From an uncultured Bacilli bacterium (GTDB lineage: Bacteria > Bacillota_I > Bacilli_A > RF39 > UBA660), in contig CANPVU010000001.1 of assembly GCA_947581765.1 (NCBI GenBank), positions 5,513 through 69,512 of the forward strand: a DNA stretch of 64,000 nucleotides. The letters are read 5' to 3'. Positions 48,610 to 59,360 of the stretch are shown here, in pieces; the stretch's first letter is position 1, and every line of letters begins with the position of its first letter. Both the position numbers and the translations under genes were made by a program. The notes under the pieces were generated by a model, which worked only from the letters and a program-made list of their open reading frames with translations, searched no databases and was not told the origin of the DNA.

Positions 48610-49470
48610 CTATTTTTTAGTACAATCATATTGTAATGCTGTTGCTGAAACACTATCAATATAATGAGCTTTTTTACCATCTTTATCTAGTCCAAAAATA
48701 AATCCATAGTTTCCACTATCTAATGCTACCTCTGTACCAGCTGCATTTGCTTTAGCATTCTTAATTTGATATTGAACATATTTAAATCCATCTTTTTTAG
48801 CTGCAGGTTTTACATTAGATGAAAACTTAGAATAATCTCCAGTTAAAGTAACAGTCATTCCACTTTGAGTCATATCCATAGTTACCTTTTTATCAGTGAA
48901 ATTAATTTTTACACTTCCATTTGTTCCTGTACATTCCCAATCACCTTTTACATTAGATGAAGATTTTCCAGATACCATTACAAATACTATAATTCCAACT
49001 ACTACAGCTACAACTATACCAATAATTAAACCTGTTTTATTATTTTTTTGATTTACAGGTTGAGCAATAGCTCCTGGCATACCATTATTATTAATAGGTG
49101 CCGCATTCATATTTATTTGATTTGCATCTGGCATAGGAACTACTTCAGGTTGTGGAACTGGTTCTGGTGTTGGTTCTGGTGTTGACTCAGGTGCTACCTC
49201 TTGTGCTGGTACTTCCTCAGGTGTAGAAACTGGTTCTGGTGCAGAAACTGGTTCTGGTGTTGTTACTTCACTTGAAGTATCCTCTTCTTTTGGTAAACTA
49301 GTATCTTCTGATACCCCTTCAGTACTTTCTGGCGCTACATTTGATACACTTGAATCAACTGTTGAATTTACATCATTATTATTATTTAAGTTTTGACTAT
49401 CACTACTTGAACTATCATAAATATTTTCTTCGTTATTCATATACACTCCTCCTACTATTAAGAGTATCAT
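48610..49470 (-). CDS. Pro/Glu/Thr/Val-rich single-pass membrane protein of unknown function
   Basis: Acidic Pro-rich N-terminal region (PEPVSAPEPVSTPEEVPAQEVAPESTPEPTPEPVP), one transmembrane segment, and a ~110-aa C-terminal domain with two Cys. Likely start at MNNEEN after AGGAGG. Confidence 0.5.
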   Translation of the reverse strand: MILLIVGGVYMNNEENIYDSSSSDSQNLNNNNDVNSTVDSSVSNVAPESTEGVSEDTSLPKEEDTSSEVTTPEPVSAPEPVSTPEEVPAQEVAPESTPEPTPEPVPQPEVVPMPDANQINMNAAPINNNGMPGAIAQPVNQKNNKTGLIIGIVVAVVVGIIVFVMVSGKSSSNVKGDWECTGTNGSVKINFTDKKVTMDMTQSGMTVTLTGDYSKFSSNVKPAAKKDGFKYVQYQIKNAKANAAGTEVALDSGNYGFIFGLDKDGKKAHYIDSVSATALQYDCTKK

Positions 49471-49481
49471 ATTTTTATGAA

Positions 49482-50753
49482 TTAATCAAATACTTTTTGT
49501 AATTCATCTATATTTTTGATATAAAATTCTTTTCCTAATTTCATATCTCTTATCTTAAATTCTTTATTTTCTACTTCTTCACTACCTAATATTATTACAT
49601 ACCTAATATTTTCCTTATTGGCAAACTCTAAGCTTTTCTTAAGTTTTCTATTACTCATCTCTACATCTACACTATATCCTAAATTTCTTAAAAAAGTAGC
49701 TAATTTTAAACTTTCTATATTAGTATCAAGTGGTATTATGTATATATAATCATTATTAACTATATCCTTATCTTTTAATAACTCATATATAGATGTTAAT
49801 CCAAAACTAATACCAACTGCAGGATAGATATTACCATCATTAATAAACTCTGTTATCATATTATCATATCTACCTCCTCCACCAATACTACAACTTATCT
49901 TATTATTCTTTTCATATACTTCAAATACATTACCAGTATAATAATCTTGTCCCCTAGCTAGTGTTGGACTAAACTTGACATAATCATTTAATTTTAATTC
50001 ATTAATATACATATTTAATTCATTTATCTCTTTTAATCCAATACTAAATTCTTCATTATCTATATTTAATTTATTTAACTGTTCTATATTACAATTAAAA
50101 TAATTTAATAACTCTTCTATATTATTTTTATTTAAACCAATACTTATAAATAAATCATTAAGTTCTTTTTTAGATAATTTATCAAATTTATCTACAATAG
50201 TAATAACTTTAGAAACTAAATTATCACTAATACCACAAGATTTAATTAATCCTCTCATTAAATTTCTACTATTATATTTTATTAATATATCAATATTTAA
50301 TTTATTAAATGCACTAACATATAAACTTATTAGTTCTGCTTCTATCATTGAACCCTTTATACCTACTACATCCACATCACATTGTGTAAACTCTCTATCT
50401 CTTCCTAATTTAACTGGTCCATCTCTAAATACCTTAGCTATCTCATATCTTTTAAATGGTAATTTTATACTATTTTTAGAAAGTGCTATTAATTTAGCAA
50501 ATGGTACTGTTAAATCATACCTTAATCCTAGTTTTCTATTTCCTTGATCAGTTAATTTATATATTTCATTTAATAAATCATTATTTTCATCATATTTATC
50601 ACTTAATATATCATAATATGTAAGTATTGGGGTTTCAACTGGTTTATATCCATACTCCTTAAAAGTTTCTATTAAAACATCATTTATATAATTTCTTATT
50701 ACTTGTTCTTTTGGTAAATAATTATTACCACCTTTTACATTTTCAATTTTCAT
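49482..50753 (-). CDS. hisS: Histidine--tRNA ligase
   Basis: Class II aaRS motifs (LRYDLTVPFAKLIA, FRDGPVKLGRDREFTQCDVDVVG) plus a C-terminal anticodon-binding domain (VIILGSEEVEN). True start at MKIENVKG, preceded by AAGAGGAG. The ORF-track extension covers the leader. Confidence 0.75.
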   Translation of the reverse strand: MKIENVKGGNNYLPKEQVIRNYINDVLIETFKEYGYKPVETPILTYYDILSDKYDENNDLLNEIYKLTDQGNRKLGLRYDLTVPFAKLIALSKNSIKLPFKRYEIAKVFRDGPVKLGRDREFTQCDVDVVGIKGSMIEAELISLYVSAFNKLNIDILIKYNSRNLMRGLIKSCGISDNLVSKVITIVDKFDKLSKKELNDLFISIGLNKNNIEELLNYFNCNIEQLNKLNIDNEEFSIGLKEINELNMYINELKLNDYVKFSPTLARGQDYYTGNVFEVYEKNNKISCSIGGGGRYDNMITEFINDGNIYPAVGISFGLTSIYELLKDKDIVNNDYIYIIPLDTNIESLKLATFLRNLGYSVDVEMSNRKLKKSLEFANKENIRYVIILGSEEVENKEFKIRDMKLGKEFYIKNIDELQKVFD

Positions 50754-50971
50754 ATATACTCCTCTTTCTTTTTTATAAAAAAAGCTATACAGAATCCTGT
50801 ATAGCTTTATATTTATACAGGCAAGCACCACAAATAGCACTTGCCTACGATATATTAATGTCGTATTAACAAGTGCAAAGTATTATGATGATGTCTGTTT
50901 AATAACTGTTTCATAAAATACTTCCCTTTCTTAAATACTAGATTAACACAATATATCATTTTAGTCAAATA
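50754..50971 (-). promoter_or_regulatory. Putative T-box-like leader / attenuator upstream of hisS
   Basis: On the transcribed strand: hairpin GGCAAGUGCUAUUUGUGGUGCUUGCC (contains UGGU) followed by the perfect terminator AAAGCUAUACAG-GAUU-CUGUAUAGCUUU plus a U-run just before the RBS. Upstream in the leader is a CAUCAUCAU run (His codons). Confidence 0.4.
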
Positions 50972-51502
50972 TTATTTAGTTTTAATAGTAATATCTTCAT
51001 CTTCTAATAATTCAGCAATTGCTGAATAATCTTCAGCTAATTCTCCTATTGATGGATTTTCCTCTACTTTATGTTTTAATCCACCATCTTTTTGCCTTTC
51101 TTCAATTTTTTTTATGTACCCTTCTATTTCTGCTGTATTATCCAAATTTTCTTTCTTTTTTTCTGTTACTACTTCTTCTTTATCATAAGTTTCTTTTAAA
51201 GAAACATTTTTATCTTCAATATTTTTAGTATTACAACTACAAAATTCATCTTTAATGTTTAATAACTTATTATATTTTGCAATTAATTCTAAAGAACAAT
51301 TACCTGTTCTAATATAATCTTGCAAATTAATTCCCATTAAAGCTTCATTAACAGCACTCTCAAATTGATGTAGTAAAGATTCTCTTATATTACCCGTATT
51401 TTCAAATTTCATTAGAAAATAATCGGCAATATCACTTAATACGGCATTAATATCTGACCATTTTATTTCTTTTATTTTCTCCGTTGAACGATCCAATATC
51501 AT
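50972..51502 (-). CDS. Acidic hypothetical protein
   Basis: 176 aa, highly acidic C-terminal half, no recognisable motif. Confidence 0.35.
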   Translation of the reverse strand: MILDRSTEKIKEIKWSDINAVLSDIADYFLMKFENTGNIRESLLHQFESAVNEALMGINLQDYIRTGNCSLELIAKYNKLLNIKDEFCSCNTKNIEDKNVSLKETYDKEEVVTEKKKENLDNTAEIEGYIKKIEERQKDGGLKHKVEENPSIGELAEDYSAIAELLEDEDITIKTK

Positions 51503-51684
51503 TTTATCACCAACTTAATTCTATCATTATTAAAAACAATTATCAAGGATTAAGGTAAAATTAATAAAAAAAAACAAACCCTAAATTAGAAATTAAGATT
51601 TGTTTTTTTGTGTCTTAGAAAAAATTAAGAAGGAATAATGTTTTCTACTTTATTCATATTCCACATTTTGTAAGAGTATTCAAA

Positions 51685-54600
51685 CTAAAATATAATAAAT
51701 GGTCTTGTTTTACTACCTGTACCACTTCTTATTTCAATATTTTTTCCTAAATAGAATACTGGTCTTATATTAAACCAAGTATCTGCTAAAAAACCTCTTG
51801 CATTCTTGTCTCCAGGATGAATGTAGTATATATAAGCAGAATATATTGTACTATCGTAATCTTTTCTTGTAATTGTCCATTCACTATAAGGTGTTGATAA
51901 ATAACTATCACAATAAATTTTTTGACAATTTTCACTACCCGAACCATCATTATAAGCATAATAATAATCACTTAGATACATTAAGCCAAACTTATCTCTT
52001 ACAATTTTTTCTTTAATCTCTTTTTTATAGACAGCCTCTCCTGTTTTATCATCACTTGTAACACTACCATAATACCACGTTGCAACATCTATTTTTAGTT
52101 TCCAATACTTATCCAAAGTGTTTGAATAAGTTTCATTTAAAACTTTATAAATATCACTTACTGGATATTTGCATCTATCACCATTTTTTCCACAACTTTC
52201 AATAGTATATCTTCTATTCCATTGATATTGACCAAAGGTTTCTGCTTTCATAAGCTTAAATTTACCTCCTTCTGTTACACCAATGATTCTAAAAAGATAT
52301 TTATCAGATTGATTTAAACACTCATCAACATCCTTAGTACCAAAACAGATATAATTTTCTACATCAATACCAGAATAACGATACATACCTGATTTAAGAG
52401 TTTTACTCAATCCTTTTGGTTCATACTCCATTAACTTCTCTGCTTTACCTGTAAAATCCTTTTTTATATAAGAAATAGTATCCTTCGAAACAGAAGAATA
52501 AACACCTTCATCATTCTTTAGATAAGCATAATAAGTATAGGTATTATAAGAATTAAAATTCAATTGTTCCGTAATTTCTTTTTTACCCTGAGTATCTTTC
52601 CAAACACATTTACTCTTATCTTCCTCTGTTACTAAACAGTATTGTGTAACATTATCATCTTTCCAAGAAAGATGATAAGAAACAGTGTTCGAGAAAGTAC
52701 TTTCCGTCTTAGGATCATCACCTAAATAGAATTCTTCTATTACTGGAGCTTTGATTTCATCATACTGAGCATAATAATCAATATCACCAGAACTCAAAGT
52801 AGCTTTCATCTTACCTAACTCGTCTGTAGAAATTTTTCCAGACTCTAGTTCTCCTTCATATTCCCAATTATTATTAAAAATATATTTCTTTTCTGTAGCA
52901 TTATTCAAATACTTATAATTAGAACCATCCTCTTTAAACGAAGTTGGAACAAAATATTGTTCATTATTAATATAAGCAATATTTATATAAGACCTACCCA
53001 TAGTTATATAATCAACAAAGATTAATCTAGAGTTTTTATAGTCTTTATAATAATGAATATAATCTTTAACTTGTTTACTTTCTTCTCCTGTACCATCTTC
53101 TTTTCTTGTTATATTATAAATATATTCTTGTCTATTTCCACCTAAAACATTCATCGTAGCATCACGAGTAGCTAAAACTGTTGGACTACCATAGATCTCA
53201 TCTTGATATGAGATATTGTTAGCATATAAAGTACCCTTTAATAAAATTGCTGCATTTTCATTAATTGTAACTGTACTAGCCATAAGATCTTCATCACTAA
53301 TTTTTAATGTCTTAGTATCAATTGTTTCTTTATTTTTGACATAGAAATTATTTGCCGTCAAAGTAGCACCTTCACCAACTTCTATACCAATTGTATTTTT
53401 ATCAACTTTAGCTTTCCCCGACACTTTATCATATTCAGATGGTTTTAATACATCAATTTTTAATGTTAAATCCTTGATAACAACACTTCCAGATGTAATA
53501 TTAAAGACTGATTTGCTATTACTTATTTCAGATGTTATTTCTGCATTTCTACCATCAATAACAACGTCTCTAGAAATATTCAAAGGTTTAGATATAGTTC
53601 CTTTCCAATCTTTAATAATAATTTCTTTATTACCAGATAAAGCCTTTTCTAGTTCATCTTCATTGCTTACAAAAACAAAGTTTGTCATAAATTTTGCTGT
53701 ATAGTTATCTGTATTTGTGTTTTTTTCATTTTTTACACCATCTGCCAATGTAAAGTTGATAATAAATGATTTTTGATGTAAGTTTTCTAATGTAGCTTTA
53801 TCAAAAGGAGTTGGAGAAAGTAAACTTTTAAATATACTTTCTAGCCCTTCTTCAACTTTTCCACTTGTTAATGGAAGACCACTAATTTGAATACTTTCAA
53901 CATTTTTTACTTCAATAAACTTTTGTAATGCAGATGCCACCTTCTTCAAATTTTCAGATAATGATTGATCTTTCTTTAGTATTGCAATTTCTAATTGTGA
54001 ACCTTCTTTTACATAAGCAGAAATATTATCACTCGTAATTTCAGAAGCAAAACTTTGAATCATTTTATTGGTATAAACAACAGGTTGATATTTTGCTTTT
54101 AAGGTAATATTAGATGTTATTGTTTCTTCATCAAAATTAAACTCTTCATCTTCACAGACATTGTTATCACATTTATACCATCCAATAAATTCGTACCCAT
54201 TATAGTCATCTGTACTAGTTTTTGAAGCATTTCCAGGATTTGCTACTTTTTCTCCATGTTTTACTTGAGCATCTCCGATTTTTATTCCTCCATCTGTATC
54301 AAATTTAACGGTATAAACTTTTGTTTCCCATTTACCAATGACCGTCGTTTCTAATTTTGAAAATTTGTAATTTGTAAGATCAATTTGTTTATCATCTTCT
54401 TGTAAAAACCATCCTTTAAAGTTATACCCCTCTTGTTCTTCTGTTGGAATTTGCTCTTTCGTTAATTGATTTAGAGCATTAGCAAGTTGCGTTTTCTTTC
54501 CTAAAACAAAATTATCATTGGCTTGATTATCAATTTGGCCTTTAAAATTAATTCTTAAAGCGTCTTCCCATTTTGCTTTTAAAGTAATCGTTTTTGAAAG

Positions 54601-55440
54601 CTCATCTTGGCTTAATTCCAATTTTTTCGTAAAATCAAAAGCAGTCGCATCATCTGTTGTAGAATCATACCAATACCTAAAAATGTATCCTTCTTTTGGT
54701 TTTGGTTGAACATTTGCTAAATCATTAGGTGTAATATCTGGATAAGTGTATATCTTCTCTTTCTCACCTTCCTGGATATCTTCTTCAAACTGAATTTTTA
54801 CATTCTTAGCTCCCCACTTTTGCTTCAAAGTAATATCTTTAGTAATATTTTCTTCATCTACATCAAATAATTGATCATCCTCTGTATTATACCAACCTAA
54901 AAATTGATAATTTTGTTTCAAATCAACATTTGGTCTTATTGCTTTATGTCCTTCAATAATTTCATGTCTTTCTAATTCTTTTCCATTTTCATCTTGAAAA
55001 ATAACTGTATAAATATTATTTAATCGATTATAATCAATATATTCTACTTCAAATTTTGTAGCATTATTAATTTTATTTTCCCCGATTAAATTCGCACCAA
55101 CATACCAATCGGTAACATCTCCATAGCTATCGGTATGAGCTAGTATTTGATAAACACTCATTTTCTTATAAGCTTCTGTTCCTCTTACTTTTTTATCTGT
55201 TTCTGAAATATTAATAGAATGAGCTGCAAGCATAAAATCTTCTGTATTCAAATTATTTTTTTCAACATAACTCATGGTAAAAATATACTTTCCAACAACG
55301 TAAAATGATTCGGCTTCTGGATTTTCTTGTAAAACAAGTTCTCCCACTGTCTGTAAATCATACTCTTTTGCAAAAGCATTAATGATACCAATTAAAAATA
55401 CAATGAAACTAAAAATTATATATTTTCCTACTTTTTTCAT
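51685..55440 (-). CDS. Large secreted surface protein with Listeria-Bacteroides (Flg_new) repeats
   Basis: Signal peptide MKKVGKYIIFSFIVFLIGIINAFA. Five or more Flg_new-type units (FLGWYNTEDDQLFD, GYIFRYWYDSTTDD, GYNFKGWFLQEDD, YTVKFDTDGG...GYEFIGWYKCD). The large ~800-aa C-terminal region is unassigned. Confidence 0.6.
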   Translation of the reverse strand: MKKVGKYIIFSFIVFLIGIINAFAKEYDLQTVGELVLQENPEAESFYVVGKYIFTMSYVEKNNLNTEDFMLAAHSINISETDKKVRGTEAYKKMSVYQILAHTDSYGDVTDWYVGANLIGENKINNATKFEVEYIDYNRLNNIYTVIFQDENGKELERHEIIEGHKAIRPNVDLKQNYQFLGWYNTEDDQLFDVDEENITKDITLKQKWGAKNVKIQFEEDIQEGEKEKIYTYPDITPNDLANVQPKPKEGYIFRYWYDSTTDDATAFDFTKKLELSQDELSKTITLKAKWEDALRINFKGQIDNQANDNFVLGKKTQLANALNQLTKEQIPTEEQEGYNFKGWFLQEDDKQIDLTNYKFSKLETTVIGKWETKVYTVKFDTDGGIKIGDAQVKHGEKVANPGNASKTSTDDYNGYEFIGWYKCDNNVCEDEEFNFDEETITSNITLKAKYQPVVYTNKMIQSFASEITSDNISAYVKEGSQLEIAILKKDQSLSENLKKVASALQKFIEVKNVESIQISGLPLTSGKVEEGLESIFKSLLSPTPFDKATLENLHQKSFIINFTLADGVKNEKNTNTDNYTAKFMTNFVFVSNEDELEKALSGNKEIIIKDWKGTISKPLNISRDVVIDGRNAEITSEISNSKSVFNITSGSVVIKDLTLKIDVLKPSEYDKVSGKAKVDKNTIGIEVGEGATLTANNFYVKNKETIDTKTLKISDEDLMASTVTINENAAILLKGTLYANNISYQDEIYGSPTVLATRDATMNVLGGNRQEYIYNITRKEDGTGEESKQVKDYIHYYKDYKNSRLIFVDYITMGRSYINIAYINNEQYFVPTSFKEDGSNYKYLNNATEKKYIFNNNWEYEGELESGKISTDELGKMKATLSSGDIDYYAQYDEIKAPVIEEFYLGDDPKTESTFSNTVSYHLSWKDDNVTQYCLVTEEDKSKCVWKDTQGKKEITEQLNFNSYNTYTYYAYLKNDEGVYSSVSKDTISYIKKDFTGKAEKLMEYEPKGLSKTLKSGMYRYSGIDVENYICFGTKDVDECLNQSDKYLFRIIGVTEGGKFKLMKAETFGQYQWNRRYTIESCGKNGDRCKYPVSDIYKVLNETYSNTLDKYWKLKIDVATWYYGSVTSDDKTGEAVYKKEIKEKIVRDKFGLMYLSDYYYAYNDGSGSENCQKIYCDSYLSTPYSEWTITRKDYDSTIYSAYIYYIHPGDKNARGFLADTWFNIRPVFYLGKNIEIRSGTGSKTRPFIIF

Positions 55441-55459
55441 TTCTATCTCCTAAACTACT

Positions 55460-56839
55460 CTATTGATAAGATACTGTTACCTTATCAATAACGACATCCT
55501 CTATTTTTATCGATGCTGTTTTTACTTTTTCATCAATTTCATCCATTGCTGCAAAGAAATCTGCAAACTTTTTAGTACTACCTCTATAAATAATAGAAGT
55601 AAATCCTGTCCAAACTTTTTTATTTTTATAAACGGTTAAATGATAACCAACAGGAACTTTATAATTGTTATATTTTTTAGCAAATACAAGTTCATAAAGT
55701 GTTGTAACCGTAATTGTTTTTTTATCCGAATAATTTCCATCTTTGGTCGTAACTGTAATCGTTACTTCTCCATCTTGAACTCCAACAACTTTTCCATTTT
55801 GATCGACAGTTGCGATTTTATTATCACTACTTTCCCATCGAACATCCTGGTTTGTTGCATTTTTTGGGTCAATAATTGCAGTTAATTGTAAAGTCTCACT
55901 GACATAAACACTACTTCCTCCGTCAATTTTAACACCTTTAACTGGAATCTTCTTTTCAGGAGCAGGCGTAGGTTTTGATGCTGGTTTAGATTCTGGATTA
56001 GTTTCTGATTCTGAAGAAGAACCTTGATTTTTAGACGGACTCATATCTGCTTTAACTGTGATATTTTTCTTTGCTGTTTTATTTCCATCTTCTGTAGTAA
56101 CTGTAATCGTAACTTTACCTGCCTTAATTCCATGCACACGTCCAAATTCATCTACTGTAGCAATTTTTTCATCACTACTTGTCCAAACAACAACCTTATT
56201 CGATGCATCTTCAGGTTGAATATTAGCACTAAGTTGAATAGTTCTTCCAACAGTAACCTCACTAGCTCCACGAATTGATACACTCATAACACTTACTAAA
56301 TCATCTGTAACTGTGACTTCACAAGTATCTTGATACTTTCCATCTTCTGTCATAACAGTGATGGTAACCACTCCTATTTTTAAAGCTGTAATTTTACCAT
56401 TCTCATCAACACTTACTATACTGCTATCACTACTTGTCCACTTCAATTTTTGTTTCGTATTATTCTCAACATCAAAGGTATGTGTAGAGCCTGGATTTAA
56501 AGATAATTCCTCCAAGTCCAAATGAACTTTCCTTTCTTCTTCTTTTATCCATCTAGCCTTTAAAATAATATCGGAGGTAATTTTCGTTTGAAAATCAAAT
56601 AGCTCATCTTCATAATACCAACCATCAAAGATGTATCCTTCTTTTATAGGATCTTCAGGTTGAGAGACTCGACCATTTTTTCGAACAGTGATGCTATTAA
56701 TAGTACTTCCACCATCCGTATCAAAAGTTACTTCATATTCTTTTGTTTTGCCCCAAAACATAAAAAACAAAATCAAGAGAATAATAAGTATTCCCAAAAT
56801 GATAAGCAAAATATTTCTTTGCTTCTTTGAAATCTCCAT
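55460..56839 (-). CDS. Membrane-anchored surface protein: Flg_new repeat plus three Big_2 (Ig-like) domains
   Basis: N-terminal TM. YEVTFDTDGG...GYIFDGWYYEDELFDF (Flg_new). Three ~85-aa repeats ending VTITVMTEDGKYQD / VTITVTTEDGNKTA / VTITVTTKDGNYSD (Big_2-like). Confidence 0.6.
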   Translation of the reverse strand: MEISKKQRNILLIILGILIILLILFFMFWGKTKEYEVTFDTDGGSTINSITVRKNGRVSQPEDPIKEGYIFDGWYYEDELFDFQTKITSDIILKARWIKEEERKVHLDLEELSLNPGSTHTFDVENNTKQKLKWTSSDSSIVSVDENGKITALKIGVVTITVMTEDGKYQDTCEVTVTDDLVSVMSVSIRGASEVTVGRTIQLSANIQPEDASNKVVVWTSSDEKIATVDEFGRVHGIKAGKVTITVTTEDGNKTAKKNITVKADMSPSKNQGSSSESETNPESKPASKPTPAPEKKIPVKGVKIDGGSSVYVSETLQLTAIIDPKNATNQDVRWESSDNKIATVDQNGKVVGVQDGEVTITVTTKDGNYSDKKTITVTTLYELVFAKKYNNYKVPVGYHLTVYKNKKVWTGFTSIIYRGSTKKFADFFAAMDEIDEKVKTASIKIEDVVIDKVTVSYQ

Positions 56840-57519
56840 ATCTTACTCCTTCCTACTTTATATATACAATATACCATGAATGGGTACTTATTTACAAGGC
56901 AATTTACTACTTTTTTTGGTCTTATAAAGATCTAAATTCAATTGTTCATCATTATGAATATAAAGAAAAACAATTCGAACAATATTATAATTTTCTTTGA
57001 CATTTTAAAGTCAAATTTCATTTTGAACTCCCTGTAATATAACAAGATTATAATTTTTTTCAGTAATAAGGAATATACACATAAACAAAGGTATTAAAAA
57101 GAATTAAGGAACTCTTAGACGAAAGTCAATTAAGATATGTTTTCAAAAATTAAGAGAACTTTTAGACATAAAAAAACAAACAGATAAAAATATATCTATT
57201 TGTTAATTTACCAGATTATATACTTATATATTAAGTATTATAAAATCAACTTAGAAACTGGTTAAGAAACCACTACTATTAACTATCTATATATTCCTGT
57301 TAATAATTAAAGACTCTTATTAGAGTTCAAAATACTTATTATACAAATATTATAATATGATAAAATTCAGGATAAACCTTTCATTTTAAATTTATCATTT
57401 ATTTAAAATAAATGCAAATACATATAATTTATACCACTTATAATTTTTTTTTATAACATTAATGCTCATTGAAAAAAATAACAATTTATGATAGAATTTT
57501 TATGATAGGAGGATAGAAT

Positions 57520-58458
57520 ATGGGGACTGAAAATAACAATAATAATCAAACAAATGAAACAAACCAAACAAATCAAGTAAATGAAACTACTAAAGTAATA
57601 AAAAAGCATCATGGACCGCTTTATTGGGTAATTGTAGTAGCAGGTGTTGCATTCATAGTTGCAGCAAGTATTAATATTGGTGAGAAACTTGGTAAATTAG
57701 CAAGTGGTGAGACTGACTCTAGTACAAAAACTGAATCAAATAGTAATTCAAATTCTAATATAGAAAGTAACAGTAATGTAGAAAATAATGTATCAAATAA
57801 TGAATTAACAGATACTCAAAAAACTGATTTATCAGAAAAATTAGCATTATTAGTTGGTAGTAACTATAATGGAAATAAATTAATTGATAATGCAACTATA
57901 AATTCTTATTTATTTACTACATCATTAGATGAAACACAAAAAGCATATATCATAACTCGTATAACTGGATCTACACTAGCTAATTTAGATAAAAATAATT
58001 TTAAATTTAACGAAGAAATAGAACAAAGCGAAATAGATAGCCAAGATGGTCAATATAGAGTAATAAACAAGGGTGATTATGATACAAATTATAAGAAGAT
58101 TTTTGGAACTTCACCAACTTCATATCCAAGAACCCCTGCTTGTCCAAGTTATGTTTTTGATACTAATTCACAACGTTATATATCTATAGGAGCATGTGAT
58201 GTTGCTATTAATAGTGGATTAGCATATATTGATGATATTAAATTAGAAGGTAATAATGCTATTGTAAGTGTATATGTAGGTTCAAAATTTGATAATAAAA
58301 TATATAATGATTACCTAAGATTTAATGAAACTGATAAAACAGTTGATGCTACTACTATAACAGAAGAAAACAAAACTCAATTTGCTAAATATAATTTCAT
58401 ATTTGAAAAATCAACTGACGGAAATTACTACTATAAATCAACACAAAAAGCAAGCTAA
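57520..58458 (+). CDS. Membrane-anchored hypothetical protein with Asn/Ser-rich linker
   Basis: Asn-rich N-terminus, TM (LYWVIVVAGVAFIVAASI), S/N-rich low-complexity linker, ~200-aa C-terminal domain with Cys residues. Confidence 0.45.
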   Translation: MGTENNNNNQTNETNQTNQVNETTKVIKKHHGPLYWVIVVAGVAFIVAASINIGEKLGKLASGETDSSTKTESNSNSNSNIESNSNVENNVSNNELTDTQKTDLSEKLALLVGSNYNGNKLIDNATINSYLFTTSLDETQKAYIITRITGSTLANLDKNNFKFNEEIEQSEIDSQDGQYRVINKGDYDTNYKKIFGTSPTSYPRTPACPSYVFDTNSQRYISIGACDVAINSGLAYIDDIKLEGNNAIVSVYVGSKFDNKIYNDYLRFNETDKTVDATTITEENKTQFAKYNFIFEKSTDGNYYYKSTQKAS

Positions 58459-58478
58459 AAGAATCGAAAGATTCTTTT

Positions 58479-59326
58479 TTAGTTTAAATAAATCCTTACT
58501 GTTTCACCTTCTAATATCTTAGTTCCTTCTACAGGTGATTGATATATAACTTTACCACTACCTTCACTTTTTACATTATATCCTTTTAATGTTTTTTTAG
58601 CTTCACTTAAATCCATACCTACTACATTAGGAACAGTTAAATATTTTTTATCTAGATATGTATATTCCTTTTCTATACCATTTTTATCTTCTTTTATATC
58701 TAAAACTTCTATTATTGAATTCATTACTGACTTTGCTATAGGTGCTGCTACTGTACCACCATATTGAGTAACACCTTTAGCATTATCAACTGCAACATAA
58801 ACAACTACTTCTGGATTATCTGCTGGTAAAATACCAATAAATGAAGTAATGTAATTTCCAACCATATATTTTCCATCACTTACTTTTTGAGCAGTACCAG
58901 TCTTACCACCAACTCTGTAATCTGCTATATACGCATTATGTCCTGTACCTTTAGCTACAACACTTTCAAGTGCATATCTAACCTTACTACTAGTTTCTCT
59001 ACTAATTACATCCCTAACCTTAGTAGGAGTATTTTGAAGTACTACTTGATTAGTTTCTGGATCATTTACACTTTTTACAATATATGGTTTATATAATGTT
59101 CCTCCATTAACAGCAGCACTAACTGCTGTTACTTGTTGTATAGCAGTAACTGATACACCTTGTCCAAATGCTGTTGTAGCAATTTCTAATTCTCCTATTT
59201 TATCTTCATTAAAAAGTATTCCGTTTTCTTCACCACTTAACTCTATATTAGTTTTTTTACCAAATCCAAAGTTTTTTATATATTTAAACAATTTCTCTTT
59301 ACCTAATTTAAGTCCTATATTTACAA
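58479..59326 (-). pseudogene. 3' fragment of a class B penicillin-binding protein (transpeptidase C-terminus plus single PASTA domain, SpoVD-like), cut at its 5' side
   Basis: NTGFVNIGLKLGKEKLFKYIKNFGFGKKT...ATTAFGQGVSVT...GGKTGTAQK... plus one C-terminal PASTA domain. The frame is open back to an in-frame TGA at 59327-59329. There the PBP similarity stops abruptly, corresponding to the conserved SSN(T/V)G motif region. The N-terminal ~400 aa are missing. Confidence 0.65.
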
Positions 59327-59360
59327 ACCCTGTATTTCAAGGATTAAACCAAGAGATACT

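Noticed and set aside
49482-50840. ORF-track N-terminal extension of hisS (MLFVVLACINIKLYRILYSFFYKKERGVY...) and MILM extension of rSAM copy 2
   Set aside because: The extensions run through the leader or terminator hairpins and lack an RBS. Strong RBS-ATG pairs (AAGAGGAG-N5-ATG at 50753, GGTGATTCTC-ATG at 25889) mark the real starts.
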